Source: Camelus dromedarius (taxonomy: Eukaryota). Taken from it: a DNA stretch of 64,000 bases. Position numbers and translations under genes: made by a program. Shown here in pieces: positions 1-11,329 of the stretch (its first letter is position 1; every line of letters starts with the position of its first letter). Under the pieces are notes generated by a model. That model was not told the origin of the DNA. It was given only the letters and a program-made list of their open reading frames with translations, and did not search any database. The stretch covers positions 47,122,001-47,186,000 of the forward strand of contig NC_087437.1 in NCBI RefSeq assembly GCF_036321535.1. The letters run 5' to 3'.

Positions 1-859
1 AGACGGAACAGCAGAAGAAAAGGACTAAAATTGGGTGGTTCGAGCATAACGCATCCTCTGTGTTACTGAGAGCTACCAAGAACTTTCTTCTGCTTCCCTA
101 TTTGGAAGAGTGCTTAGAACTTTTCAGAGTAGTGTTTCCAGCCAAGTTATACCCTCGTCTCTGCCCAATGGTAAGAAATTCCTCTTTCACCTTCCAGGAT
201 CATGACTGTCCAAAGTGGATCGAGGTAGTACACACATCCCCATGCCTTCCACCTGTCATTCATTCTCTCCATTTGGACAGAAGTGCAGGACGTATGTTTG
301 CTTCAAACTGAACACAAAGCTTTGTAAATCAGTATGAAAAAATAAATGTGCTCATTGATCCATTCAGTCCATCTGATACTTAATTTGAGATTTTATGTAA
401 ATGTGTGCTCTGAATCCTACCTCAGTAATGATGAGAATGTTTCCTAGGGATTGATTCTCTTACCTAACTCAAGAGAATGCTTATTTTTGTAACTGGGAAG
501 AGAAGGAGTCCCTTGCTGGGAGTGAGAATTGTTTGGGGAATTCTAGAATGTTTATTCCCAACTTCACTTTCCATGTAACAATAGCTATTTTCAAAAAGCA
601 ATTTTCTTTCCTGTAGTTAAAGAGAATTGGGAAATCTGATCCGTTGGCAGGGTAGTGTTTGTCTCAGTCTTGTAAGGAAGTCTGAGCCCTCTCTCCCTTT
701 TTAATATGAGAATTCGAAAGCAGTGGGGAAGTGATGTTGGACCTATCACAGCATTGCTAACAGACAGCCTATTACAGTATTTAATAAAAACAGAAACAGC
801 ATGCCTATCATAGGCTAATAAATCCTGCTTCCTGCACGCTTTAAAAACAGTAAGAAGCA

Positions 860-1150
860 GCTTCAACGGAGCTTCGGATAACTAATTTCAAGCATGGCTG
901 TCTAGCGTGCCTGTCACTCCTATTGTCCTTCCAAACTCTTTCAGACATTTTGAGCAGGGAGTATTAAAGCTATGAGTTAGAAAGGGTTGTGACATTAATG
1001 GTCCAGAAAGGCTTTAGGCACAAGAGGCAATGATGATTACCGGTGGCTATTTGGAGGACTGCACTGGATCGCTGTCATTAAAAATTAAACGTGGCTTTTG
1101 AGGAAGATGTGACAACTACCGGAGGTAGGATTTGCATGTAAAACAAAGGA
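860..1150 (+). promoter_or_regulatory. Candidate promoter and non-coding first exon ending at donor GAG|GTAGGA (1124/1125)
   Basis: No repeat recognised; 15 CpG counted in 861-1380, well above the rest of the window; TATA-like TATTAAA 962-968; only short closed ORFs (ATG 998, 1030, 1107); + strand donor at 1125. Confidence 0.5.
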
Positions 1151-2005
1151 GTCTGTTGCTGTTTCGTGGTTTTGTTTGCTCTGTGCGGTGTGGGTCGTGG
1201 ATTGCAGCCAGGTGCAGAGTGAGAAGCAGAAAGGGGAGAGAGGGGAGTGGGAGACAGATCCGCTTAGAGCAAAACACAGTGGATACTATTATGTTTTATG
1301 GCAGCAATGCCTCGAGGACAAACTGTCTCCAGGCTCGTAGCCTGCTGAGTGTGCATTCCACGCTGCTTTTCCCGTGGAGTAGAATGATTAGAGGTCAAGG
1401 AGAAAAAACAGTTTGCTTCTTATCTATAGTGCCAGCTGGGCTGTTGGTAGGGTTAAGCAAAGACTTTGTTGGGTGGGAGGCATAAAGGTCCAAGAAAAAT
1501 AAAGAAGAGGAAGCTGTCCTTAAGACTTGAAACCTGTTAAGCAAATATTTTATTCCCATGGTCAATGTGCTTTCATAGAGTCTAATTTTTAAAGGGGGAA
1601 ATTGAAAGGTTACAAGGGATTTCCCTGATTAAAAAAAAGTACTCTGGATTTAATCTATTATAAAAGAAAATTAGGGACCTTCATCCATTTTGCATATTGA
1701 AAGGCTGATACACACTGTTTGTATGGTTTTGCTAAAGCAGAGCAAGAGTTTTAGACTGAAAAAGGGGCTTTCTGTTCCTGCTCTTGCTTTTAAACAACTG
1801 AGGAGGCTGCAGATGGAAATGATGATTCGTTAGAGGTTATGGACGTGACTTTTACCTTTTTCCCCCCCTTCTTTTTTCTTTTTTTAGTGAACAGCATAAA
1901 AACACAATTCTCCTTGAAAGATAAGAGGGGCAGTTGGGTTCCAAAGTCCAGTGGATAATGAGTAGATTTGCAAGGGAACTTATACTGCTTTGTACTTTAT
2001 TATAG

Positions 2006-2172
2006 GATCGGTATAGCTCACTCAGAAAAGGAAATGTCAGGAAACCATACACAGAGATTCTTAAAGCAAAAATGCAACGATCAGAAACCAGTCCTTCCCC
2101 AACTTGATCTATGGTGCAAGTTTCAGTATTTGTCATTGCATGTGACCCTTAATGTGAAGTGGCAGAAATGTA
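2006..2172 (+). other. Candidate exon, 167 nt
   Basis: Acceptor ctgctttgtactttattatag ends at 2005; donor GTA|GTGAGT at 2172/2173; ATG 2034 stays open to the donor (46 codons, phase 1). Confidence 0.35.
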
Positions 2173-3684
2173 GTGAGTGAATTTCTCAGTGCTGTTGTGT
2201 TATTTTCATGATGGGATTCGTAAACTCCAAGACGTAAAGATGTTGCTTTAGATTTTGAAAAACTAGTTCTGATGCATTGATTTGGTTATAATGAATGGCA
2301 AAGATACATAGAATAATTGCATGTTTATAAACAAATGTAATATTCTTCAAATGTATCTAAAACTTCTATATTAATGCAGTATTAATTAGAAATACAAATG
2401 AAAGACAATTATAGTATGTTTTCAGCTAAATACGGGAATCAAAGCTCAGTGGGGCTTTTTCTATTCTATGATGCAGTTGAGTTTGTACATTTGTGAGCTT
2501 CTGTGTATATGCTGCCATTCACAAACATACAAAGTTGAAATCATTGCCCTATAGCGTATGGCATCGATGCTTAAAGTTGTGTGTCTATTTTTCCCAGTAG
2601 TGTGATGATTGTTACTGAACCAGCCAAACTCTCTTGGCTAGTCTTTATGACCAAGAGCACATGTCCATGAAACGACTGTACGGAATTTCTGATGCAATTG
2701 ATGGCTATGACATCGTTTTCAGCTTCTGTGTGGCCAGTGGAATGTGTGACCTTGACCTTGTGAAGTCCCATTCTCTAGCCAGTTGTGCTCACCAGTCAAG
2801 AGCTCATATGTAGAAAGAGAAAGCTCATAATACATAAGCAGAAACACACACACGCATTTCACTTACTGTTGTCAGAAGTTTACAACTGAATATTGTTTCT
2901 ATTTTTTAAATTAATTTCATTCATTTGAAAGGGACTTTCACAGACTCTGATTTTACCAATGTCTTCTGAATCTAGTCATATCAAGCATTTATTGTAGGGG
3001 CAATTCATGGCATCAAAGTTGTCAATAGGACAAATTATTTTGTTGTGGTCATGCTTGTAACACTTTACTGATAAACTAAAATGCTTTTCACGATTTTCAC
3101 AGATTTATTGGAAAAATTTCTAAATTATATCTTGTTGGTCTATATGTCAATACTGGACCCACCACAGCATGAAAAATAAAGGAGGAAAGTGCTCATTTTT
3201 TTTCTTTGTAAGCTGTGGAAAAAGCCAAAGTAGTTAAGTCAAAACAACCTGCTTTGTGTCACAAATAAATTTCATTACCTGTTTACATAAGTAGATATCA
3301 ACCAAAGCATTTCCAAATGTTATTTCCTTTTAGTTTCTGCTACATCTACTAATAAAAAACCAACAATTCTCCAATTATTCAGAAGGCAAGTCTGGAATCT
3401 ACCCTCACATAAAGAATAAGCAAAGCTTTGGTCAGTCTTGTTTTCTCAGTCCCCTTGAGTAGCACAGCCGTATCAGTCACCATGACACAAGTCACCAAGT
3501 CCAGGAATCGTCCTTGTTCTCTGCCTCTCATAAATACACCCAGGCATCATTCTACTTTATTGGTAGATTTCGGACAAGACATTTCTCAAACTAACATGAG
3601 CTTCCCTTTGATCATCTCTCTCCTTTCATCAAAATATGAAAAATGAATCTTCCAAAAATATCTCTGCTATTATATCAAATAAAA

Positions 3685-3870
3685 AAGCAGACTACAAAAA
3701 TATATATACAAAGTAATCCTAATTTTAATAGATACGTCCTATGGAGAAAAAACTGCACCAAAATGTTAGCAGTAGTTATCTCAGTGTGGAATTATTGGTG
3801 TATTTCATTCTCTTCATTCATTAGTAGAGTTGCTAAATTTTTTCAAAAAGCATATAATATATTAATAGTC
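3685..3870 (+). mobile_element. Old L1 (L1ME-like) 3' end fragment
   Basis: caccaaaatgttagcagtagttatctc resembles the L1ME 3' UTR motif. Confidence 0.55.
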
Positions 3871-4140
3871 ACAAGGAGATTAACATCATCAAAGTTTATC
3901 TATGTCTCCTTTTCCAAACACATTGCCACCTTTTCCTATTATCATATGTCATATCACACACTGTGTCTTCACCCCAAATTCCAAAGTAACCTGTGGTCCA
4001 AGCAAGACAGAGCAGAGGTCCCCTTTCCTATAAGAGACCCTTCCTTCTTGGGTTTCTTGGTACATCATGAAAAACTCAGCATCATCCTTTCTCAGAGACT
4101 GACTCCTACCTCTTAAATCAGATTTCCTAGAAAAAGAGAT

Positions 4141-4162
4141 TGTGTGTGTGTGTGTGTGTGTG
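4141..4162. repeat. (TG)11 microsatellite
   Basis: Directly visible. Confidence 0.97.
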
Positions 4163-4199
4163 TATAATTCTATATAGATACAGTATTTTTTAATATCCT

Positions 4200-5360
4200 T
4201 TGCTGGCTCCTTTTTATCTCCTAAATCTTTAAATGATGCTCCATGGCTCACTTATAAATATCTTCTTTGTCTATATACTTACTCTATAAATGAGTCTCAA
4301 GACCTTAGAAACTACCTATACACAGCCCACAAATTCTAATCCCTACCCTGGACTTTTCTCCTAACTTCCTTACTTATATATTCAATTACCTATATAACAT
4401 ATCCACTTATATGCCTTATAAGCATCTCACACATAACATATTCGAAATCAATTTTCTCAATTTCTACACAAAATGTCCTCCTCCCGTATTTCCCCCTCAT
4501 GTATATAAATGGAAACTCCATTCTTCTGCTTGCTCAGAAGACAAGTCTTGGAGTCCTCTTTGAATCCTCTCTTCTCTTCACATATCACAGAAAATCCCGT
4601 TGTCTCTACCTTCAAACTGTACCTAGAAATCAATTACTTATTATTCCCACAGCTACCTCTCTAGGCAAGTTACCATTAGCTCTAAGACTACTGCAATATT
4701 TTCACCATTGAGCCTTTGCTTCTTCCTCCTCTGCTCCCGTACACTCATTCTTCTCTGTACCCAATACCAGTGGTCATTTCAAATTTGAAGTTAAATCATA
4801 GTATCTTCTGCTCAAAAGCCTCTAACATCTTCCCACCTGACTACGGACAAAAGCCAGATCCTTACAATGGCCCACAGGCCATGCATGATCAGCAGCTGGG
4901 TTCCTCCCCGCCCCCTCCTGCCACCACTCTGTCTTTAGCACTTCACTGCGGCTACACTGACATCCTGGCTCTTCCTCAAACATGCCATGCACTCTCAAAC
5001 CCCAGAGCTTTTGACTCTTCTGTGCCCAATGCCTGGAAAATTCTTCTCCTCCACGGCCACATGATTCAGGTTCTCACTTTCCTCAGGTCTCTGCCAAATG
5101 TCACTTTATCAGAGAAGACTTCACTGAAAACTTCCTTTCAAATTACACCCCTTTGCACACTTCCTACCCTCAGTCCCTGCTTTCTTTTTCTCTATAGCAT
5201 AGCAAATTAGCCCTCAACATATTGTATGTTGAGTTTTTATTGTCTGTCTCTCTCCTACTAGAATGTAAACTCTATGACAGCAAGGATTTTGTTTTGTTCC
5301 TGATATATTTGCAGCACCAATCATTAAATGAATAAATAAATTGTTGAATGTAGGAATTGA
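4200..5360 (+). mobile_element. LINE-2 (L2a-like) 3' portion, about 1.1 kb
   Basis: Ordered L2 motifs aatggaaactccattcttc, cttggagtcctctttgaatcctc, ctctacctt caaa, ctagaatgtaaactctatga and a tgaatg-type tail. Confidence 0.88.
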
Positions 5361-6089
5361 ATGTTTTCCCCCATCAAAATCCATTAGTAGCATTAGGCTC
5401 CAAGCAGGAGTTTTTCAACCTCAGGGTCTAAGCTTTGTGACATAACATTCTGTTGCTTTTTCCAAAAAGAAAGATACTGAACACCTTGAAGAAAGTCAAG
5501 GAGATTTATCAAGAAGATTTTCTTTCTCTTCCCTATACGGGAAAGAACTAAAAATCACATCACTGACCCCAATCTATGTCAAAGCAAATAAAAATTCAAT
5601 TTACCTCAATTTGATCTTATCCAAAACATGACTTCTATTTCAAAAAGGCATTTTCACAGATCTATATGAATGACTATATATAGTCTGTATAAATAACTAC
5701 AGACACACATGACCTGTGTTTTATCTGCTCTTTCTTGGTGATGGGAGAAGGGATGGCAAAGCTAGGTTGAAAGGTACAGCTGGGGTCAGTATACTTCTCT
5801 GAGCAACAAGCCCCAGTAGCAATAGGAATCCATCAATAATAATCAGCAATTGTACTATTCACTTACATTCATTTCTTTCTTTCTAAATGAATAGGATAAG
5901 TTTCATGGTCTGGTTAACGGTGACCTTTCTATCATTCATAAGGTACATGTTTTCAAATAATTACATTATGATAAAATAATATTATTTTCCAAACTGTGTC
6001 CAAATAATAATGCCTAATATTTCTATAATGCTTTATAGCCTACAGAAGTAGTGATTTGAAAAGGACACAGCATCTGAGACAAGCACGGG

Positions 6090-6300
6090 TTTTACAAAGA
6101 GACAGACGTGGTCTGAATCTCACCTTCTCCTCTTCATCACTATGTGACCATGGGCAAGTTTTAAAAATCTTACCAAGACTCAGTTTCCTCACTGGTCATT
6201 GGTGATAATAATACCTATCTCTTTGGGTTGCAGATTAAACATGATCATGTATGCCAGTGCCCTATTAGAGTACTTGGCACAGAGGAGATGCTTAAAAAGT
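6090..6300 (+). mobile_element. MIR SINE
   Basis: tgtgaccatgggcaagtt...ctcagtttcctcact...ataataataccta core. Confidence 0.85.
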
Positions 6301-6339
6301 TAGAGTGTTCTCATTGTCATTTCATCTTTACAGTATGTC

Positions 6340-6440
6340 AGAGTAGGAAATATACTTTCCATTAAACAAGTAAGAAAACCAAGGTGCAGAGGATGTAATC
6401 CTTAAAACTGCTCAAGATCAAAGAACTAGTAAGCTATTGA
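6340..6440 (-). mobile_element. MIR fragment
   Basis: aagaaaaccaaggtgcagag...tgctcaagatca is the reverse MIR core. Confidence 0.6.
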
Positions 6441-6694
6441 AATTTACTTTCCCTTCAGCCATAGAGACTCCTGATAAATAGAATGTCAGCTTAACCATCT
6501 TTAATGTATTTAGTGACTAAAGGCTGCGAGTGATTAGGGAAATTTTTTAAAAGGGAGGATCTGAAGAAGAAATTTCTCTTTCTTCTGTGAACAACGTGGG
6601 TGCCTTATATATTCCTTCCCTAAACAAAGAGTAGACTCAAATTCCAGTGAAACAACTTAAATGAATGCAAGTCTCAATCTTTAAACGTGCAGTA

Positions 6695-6935
6695 TAAAGA
6701 AGCACTGGAACACCAGCTTCACAGCCTTGAAGACCTTGATTTGGATCCCACTTCTGCTTGTTCCTGTTGCTTAAACATTTCTGAGCCTCCCTTTCCTCAG
6801 CAAAAATGTAGATAGTAATAGTACACCATGGGGCTGTGAGGATTAAGCGAGATAATCTATGCAAGGCTGTTAACACTGTCCTTGGCACAAATTAAGTGCA
6901 TAATACATATTACCTATCAGCACTTTATTATTATC
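6695..6935 (+). mobile_element. MIR SINE
   Basis: ttaaacatttctgagcctccctttcctc...gctgtgaggattaagcgagataatctatgcaagg. Confidence 0.85.
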
Positions 6936-7829
6936 TAAAATGAAACTTGAAACATTATACATATTATGACACAGTTTGGGTTTAAAGTGTCTTCTTTGGT
7001 TCTAACTTCTTGGTATGGCATGTCTCTAAGCTCACTCAATAGAAATCATGTAAGAGTCATGTAAGCATCAAGGCATTATGTAAGAGTCTGAGGTGTTTGA
7101 GCGTTTGGCCAGCACCAGACACAGAATTTCCTGAAATCTGTGATGTTTGCTTGCTTCTTACTAGGCCCCAAAATGAAAGATGCAACTTTGGAAAAATCAA
7201 GAAAATGTCTGCTTGTGTGAGATACAAACCCAATTTTACAGATTCATGTTAAAAAGGACTTTAACCAAGTGCTTTCTCTCAGCCTTATCAGGCTCCCATT
7301 TCAAGATTTCCTGTCTTCACTCTGTTTATGGCTGTATAGGCTGAATTACTGGTAAACTGACCAGATGAGTGCATCTTACAGCATGACTCTAGTGCAGGAC
7401 ATGCATGAAGCTGGCAATTAACATCATCAATTATTCCAGATTTACATTACTAATTTCTTAATGCAAAAGCATTTAATTTCATATAATTGATGAATAAAAA
7501 TCAACACATGCAATTCAACTATTGGGAAAGTCTCAAATACTAATTTACAACATAGGCCAAACTTTTCTTTAATCAATTCTGAACTTCATCCTGCACCAAA
7601 CAACTTGTCAAATTTCAGATTCTTGAAGGTTGGTTTGTGCCACTAACTATTGGATTTGCATGAGTGTTTCCTTTAATATTTTGTCATTTCTCAAATCTAC
7701 CTCTTTAAGTGCAACTGGTCCCAACAGTAGTATCTCTCCCCAAAAATGTGGATATGCCATTGTCATTAAAACGTCACAGATTTTCAAGCTTTGATTGTTT
7801 TTTAAAAATCTTCAGAAGATATTACTCCT

Positions 7830-8040
7830 TTTTGCTCCAAGAATACTTTGTGCATAATTCTACCATGGCCCTTGGCACCCTGTACTATAATCTTTGGTTC
7901 ATTTATCAGTTCCCCTCCTCCCCAGGGAAAGCCCCTGGAGGTGAAGGACTGGGTCACAGTCATAGCAGTGTTTCCAGTGCCTAGCACTGGAGTTCTTGGT
8001 GATGGTTAATGCTCAATAAGTATTTCTTGAATGAATGAAT
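7830..8040 (+). mobile_element. L2 3' end
   Basis: ccagtgcctagcac...gctcaataagtatttcttgaatgaatgaat terminus. Confidence 0.85.
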
Positions 8041-8759
8041 CAGTGATGTATATACCAGATGTCTTAGTGACCACTTTGACCTAAGGAGGGTAAATGACCA
8101 AGGGGACAAATCAGTCATGCACTTCAGAAATAGACTGCTGCATGGAACTCTTTTGTAATAATGAAGCCCTGACCTGCATGTGCTTACTCACCTCTCATTC
8201 ACCTGTTGTCTCACCTCTTCTCTTTATATTCCTTGGGCCATATAATCAGATGATTTAGTGACTGCTTCCCCATCCCTTCCTCTCTACTGTCTGCCCACAG
8301 TCGCTACCCCATCTTTCTAAAGAGTATGGTGGAGTGTGCCATTTGAAGCCAACTTCGAGTCTGACAGCCTCAGACAGCAAATTCCAAACTCCCGCTTCAT
8401 CAAAGCCAGGGTGACAGATGAGCCCCAGTGAGAATTTCAGCTCAGGGGGAGGGGAGGGAATAAATCAGCTGTCAAAATGTCAAGCCTGCTGACTTCTTAG
8501 GAGAGAAAGAGAAGATGCTTATATTACTAGACAAGAGGCCTTTGGTTTACATTTGCCAGCATTTGTACGAAATAGGGAAAAATGTCAGATGAATCTCACA
8601 TGCAGGTTCCTTGTCACCTTGGTGTTTTCCTGAGTGTGAAATTAAAACTCTGGAATACTCTGGACATGGGAGCTCATTTTCAGTTTTCAATATGTCTATT
8701 TAATGAGTTAAAAAAAATAGGTAGGCAAGTAGTAAAATACAATTTTAGCTTAGATAATT

Positions 8760-8845
8760 AGGTTGCATACTCCTTGAGAGCAGACACTATGTCTTTATAA
8801 TTCCCACGTGAATAGTACTGTATTAAATATATATGGTTTTTTAAA
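8760..8845 (+). mobile_element. L2 3' end fragment
   Basis: ctccttgagagcagacactatgtctt. Confidence 0.6.
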
Positions 8846-10469
8846 TAACTTTTTGACTGGTATACATTCCCCTATTCACAGAGGTAAAGCCATATTACAG
8901 AAGTCAGGTAAACGTCTTATTATTTATTGGTTGCTTGACTGGAGATTTAGGGTTCCAGAAACCACACAAATCTTAATTCCACTGAATCCCCTTTGTGTAC
9001 TTGGTTTAGACAGCGCTCCTGGGGAGGAGGAAGGAAAGAAGGGCTTGGGAGTCCTGATATTGCCTGTTTATTCACAGAGTCATATTACTCACAGGCATTT
9101 GTGATTGGAAATGATTTACAAAACCAATCCATGTAGGCTTCCACCAAAGGAGGATTCAGTCTGGAACTTTGTCAAAATAAATGTAAGCACCATACTACGT
9201 GTGCCTGCAATAAAGCCGTTACAACCCTATGTGTGTCTAGGGAACTCCACTGTATTTTGTGACATAGTTGAAGTATCTTCAAAATAATGAGTTTGGTTTG
9301 TCAGACTGTTTAAGTCTTTTTATTATTATTTTTAAATTTTTTACTGGAAAGCTGGCAAAGGTCATGTGCTTGACTCACTAACTCTCATCCGAAAAAGTGA
9401 AACATCTTTCAAACTGAAACTCTTAGAAAGTTAAAAAAAAAAAAAAATAGGCAGCAATTCACATGCAAATCTAGAGTCTTTCTTGCTCTGCATCAGATGC
9501 AGAGGGTCATTCTGGCCATGCTGCATAGGGCACTTTATGCGAAGGAGAAAGAAGCAGTTGGTAAATCTTGCCCATGACATAATTCTTGAATGTCTTGAGT
9601 TTGGTTGTGTATAGCATCTAAAAATTTCTGACCATAGGGAAAACTTGTAGCTCCATCAAATTGAACTATAATTTCCTCAAAGGGATTATATGTCTGTGGT
9701 AAATCTGGGTCCATTGACTGTCTCTGGATATTTTTAAAAATTTCCTAGTTTATTCCAAGTGAAAAAAATTGGGGGAAAAACAAACAAGCTGACATCCAGA
9801 AAAAAGTAATACCCAACTTTAGAGGCAAAATTGCAACAGGTTTGGTCCAGTTTCTTCCTCTCTGTGAGGATGATCAATGACTGATTCAACTTTGCTTCCT
9901 AGTGGTTTTATTTGATCCTGTGTGGTGCTTGGGAACAGCCAGGCAGGGTTCTCTGTGTAGACAACTCAAGGTAACTATTTGCTTTAAAAACATAAAAATA
10001 GAACAGCACAGGACTCAATTCTCTGTTGGAATGAATCAAAAGAAAAGAGAGAGGGAAACAAAATTCATATCAAAAGGAAAAGGAAGGCCTAGATAATATG
10101 TTGCCAAATTTGAGAAAATCTTTTTGGTTATATAAAAGACAACAATAGCCCTGATATGGAGAAAAGTGGCTAGAGAATGTCTATTACAACCTGCTTCTCA
10201 GTATTCCAGGTCTATTTCCTCATTGACAAGTGGATTTAGTGTCTGCTGAACTGAAACTGAAAAAAAAAAATAGTGTAAAGAAAACAGAAGATGAGCTCTG
10301 AGTTATATCTATATGAAAAGTTGCCGTGTGTGTAATTTTGATTTCAGATGGTGTCTAGTTTGTTTACTAGAAGATTCTTCCCCTTGGCCTATGAATGTGT
10401 TCGGGCATCCAAATCATTATTTTTTTTAAATCCATTCTCCAACCTCCCGCTCTCTAACTAATCAGTCCT

Positions 10470-11320
10470 TATTTCATATCTGCATTCATCCAATTCAACA
10501 AGTAATTTTTGAACATCCACTGGGGACTAGGCACTGTGATGGGTACTGGAGTTACAATGCTGAGCCAAATCAGAAACGATCCCCTCCTGCTGTAACCATG
10601 GGGGTGACAGCCCTGAATGAGAAAGACATTCATAGAGTCACACATCTCTGAGATGACTGAGCTGTTTAATGAAGAAGCACATGGGCAAAGACTACAGCAT
10701 GGCCCTGCACTCACTCAGCATTTACCAAGGACTCAGTGTGTGTGTTTGTTTGTGTTTGTGTTTGTGTGAGAGAGAAAGAGAGAGAGAGGGAGGGAGGGAG
10801 GAAGAGAGAAAATTTCCTGCCCTCATGGAGCTTACATTCTTGTGAAAATTAGTACTTTCAAAAAAATTGGTAAACAAGATAAGAAGAAAGCCTGTTAGAG
10901 TAGATGGGGACTGTGTGGCTAGATGGCAGGAAGATTAAAGATAAGGCTAGAGAGGCAGAAAGAGACTGGCTAATTAGGACCTTACTGGTCATGCTAAGGC
11001 ATCCAAGGTATTAAGTAGGGGGCAGGCTAGATATTTGTGCTTTGCAAAGGTTTATCTATCACAGTGTGACGATCAAAAGGGAGCCAAGCAAGAGTGGGCA
11101 GAGAGAGAAGCCAGTTGAAAGGCTATAGTAATAATCCAGATGATGGTAGCCTGGACCAGGTGGCAGCAAGGTGGCAGAAAAACAGAAGGAGAGGTGCATA
11201 GGCAGGTATATCAGAGAGTGGGTGATGGGCTAATTTTGAGAGGATATGGGTGAAGGACCACATCAGATTTCTGCCTTGAGTAACTGGATAGATGGTGAGG
11301 TTATGGAACACCGGAGCATG
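10470..11320 (-). mobile_element. L2 (reverse), interrupted by a microsatellite
   Basis: cattcatccaattcaacaagtaatttttga...ctaggcactgtg; cctgccctcatggagcttacattct; aggctatagtaataatccag...ggtagcctggaccaggg. Confidence 0.85.
10736..10810. repeat. Compound (TG/TTTG)n-(GA)n-(GGGA)n microsatellite
   Basis: Directly visible. Confidence 0.85.
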
Positions 11321-11329
11321 ACTAGAGTT

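Noticed and set aside
1030..1130. ATGATGA box C motif
   Set aside because: No CTGA box D at a suitable distance.
1..2800. Assigning a host gene symbol
   Set aside because: No coding exon that I recognise lies in the window, so any name would be a guess without an alignment.
4499..5210. 70-aa and 164-aa ORFs
   Set aside because: They lie within a decayed L2, have no recognisable domain, and the longer one starts at TTG.
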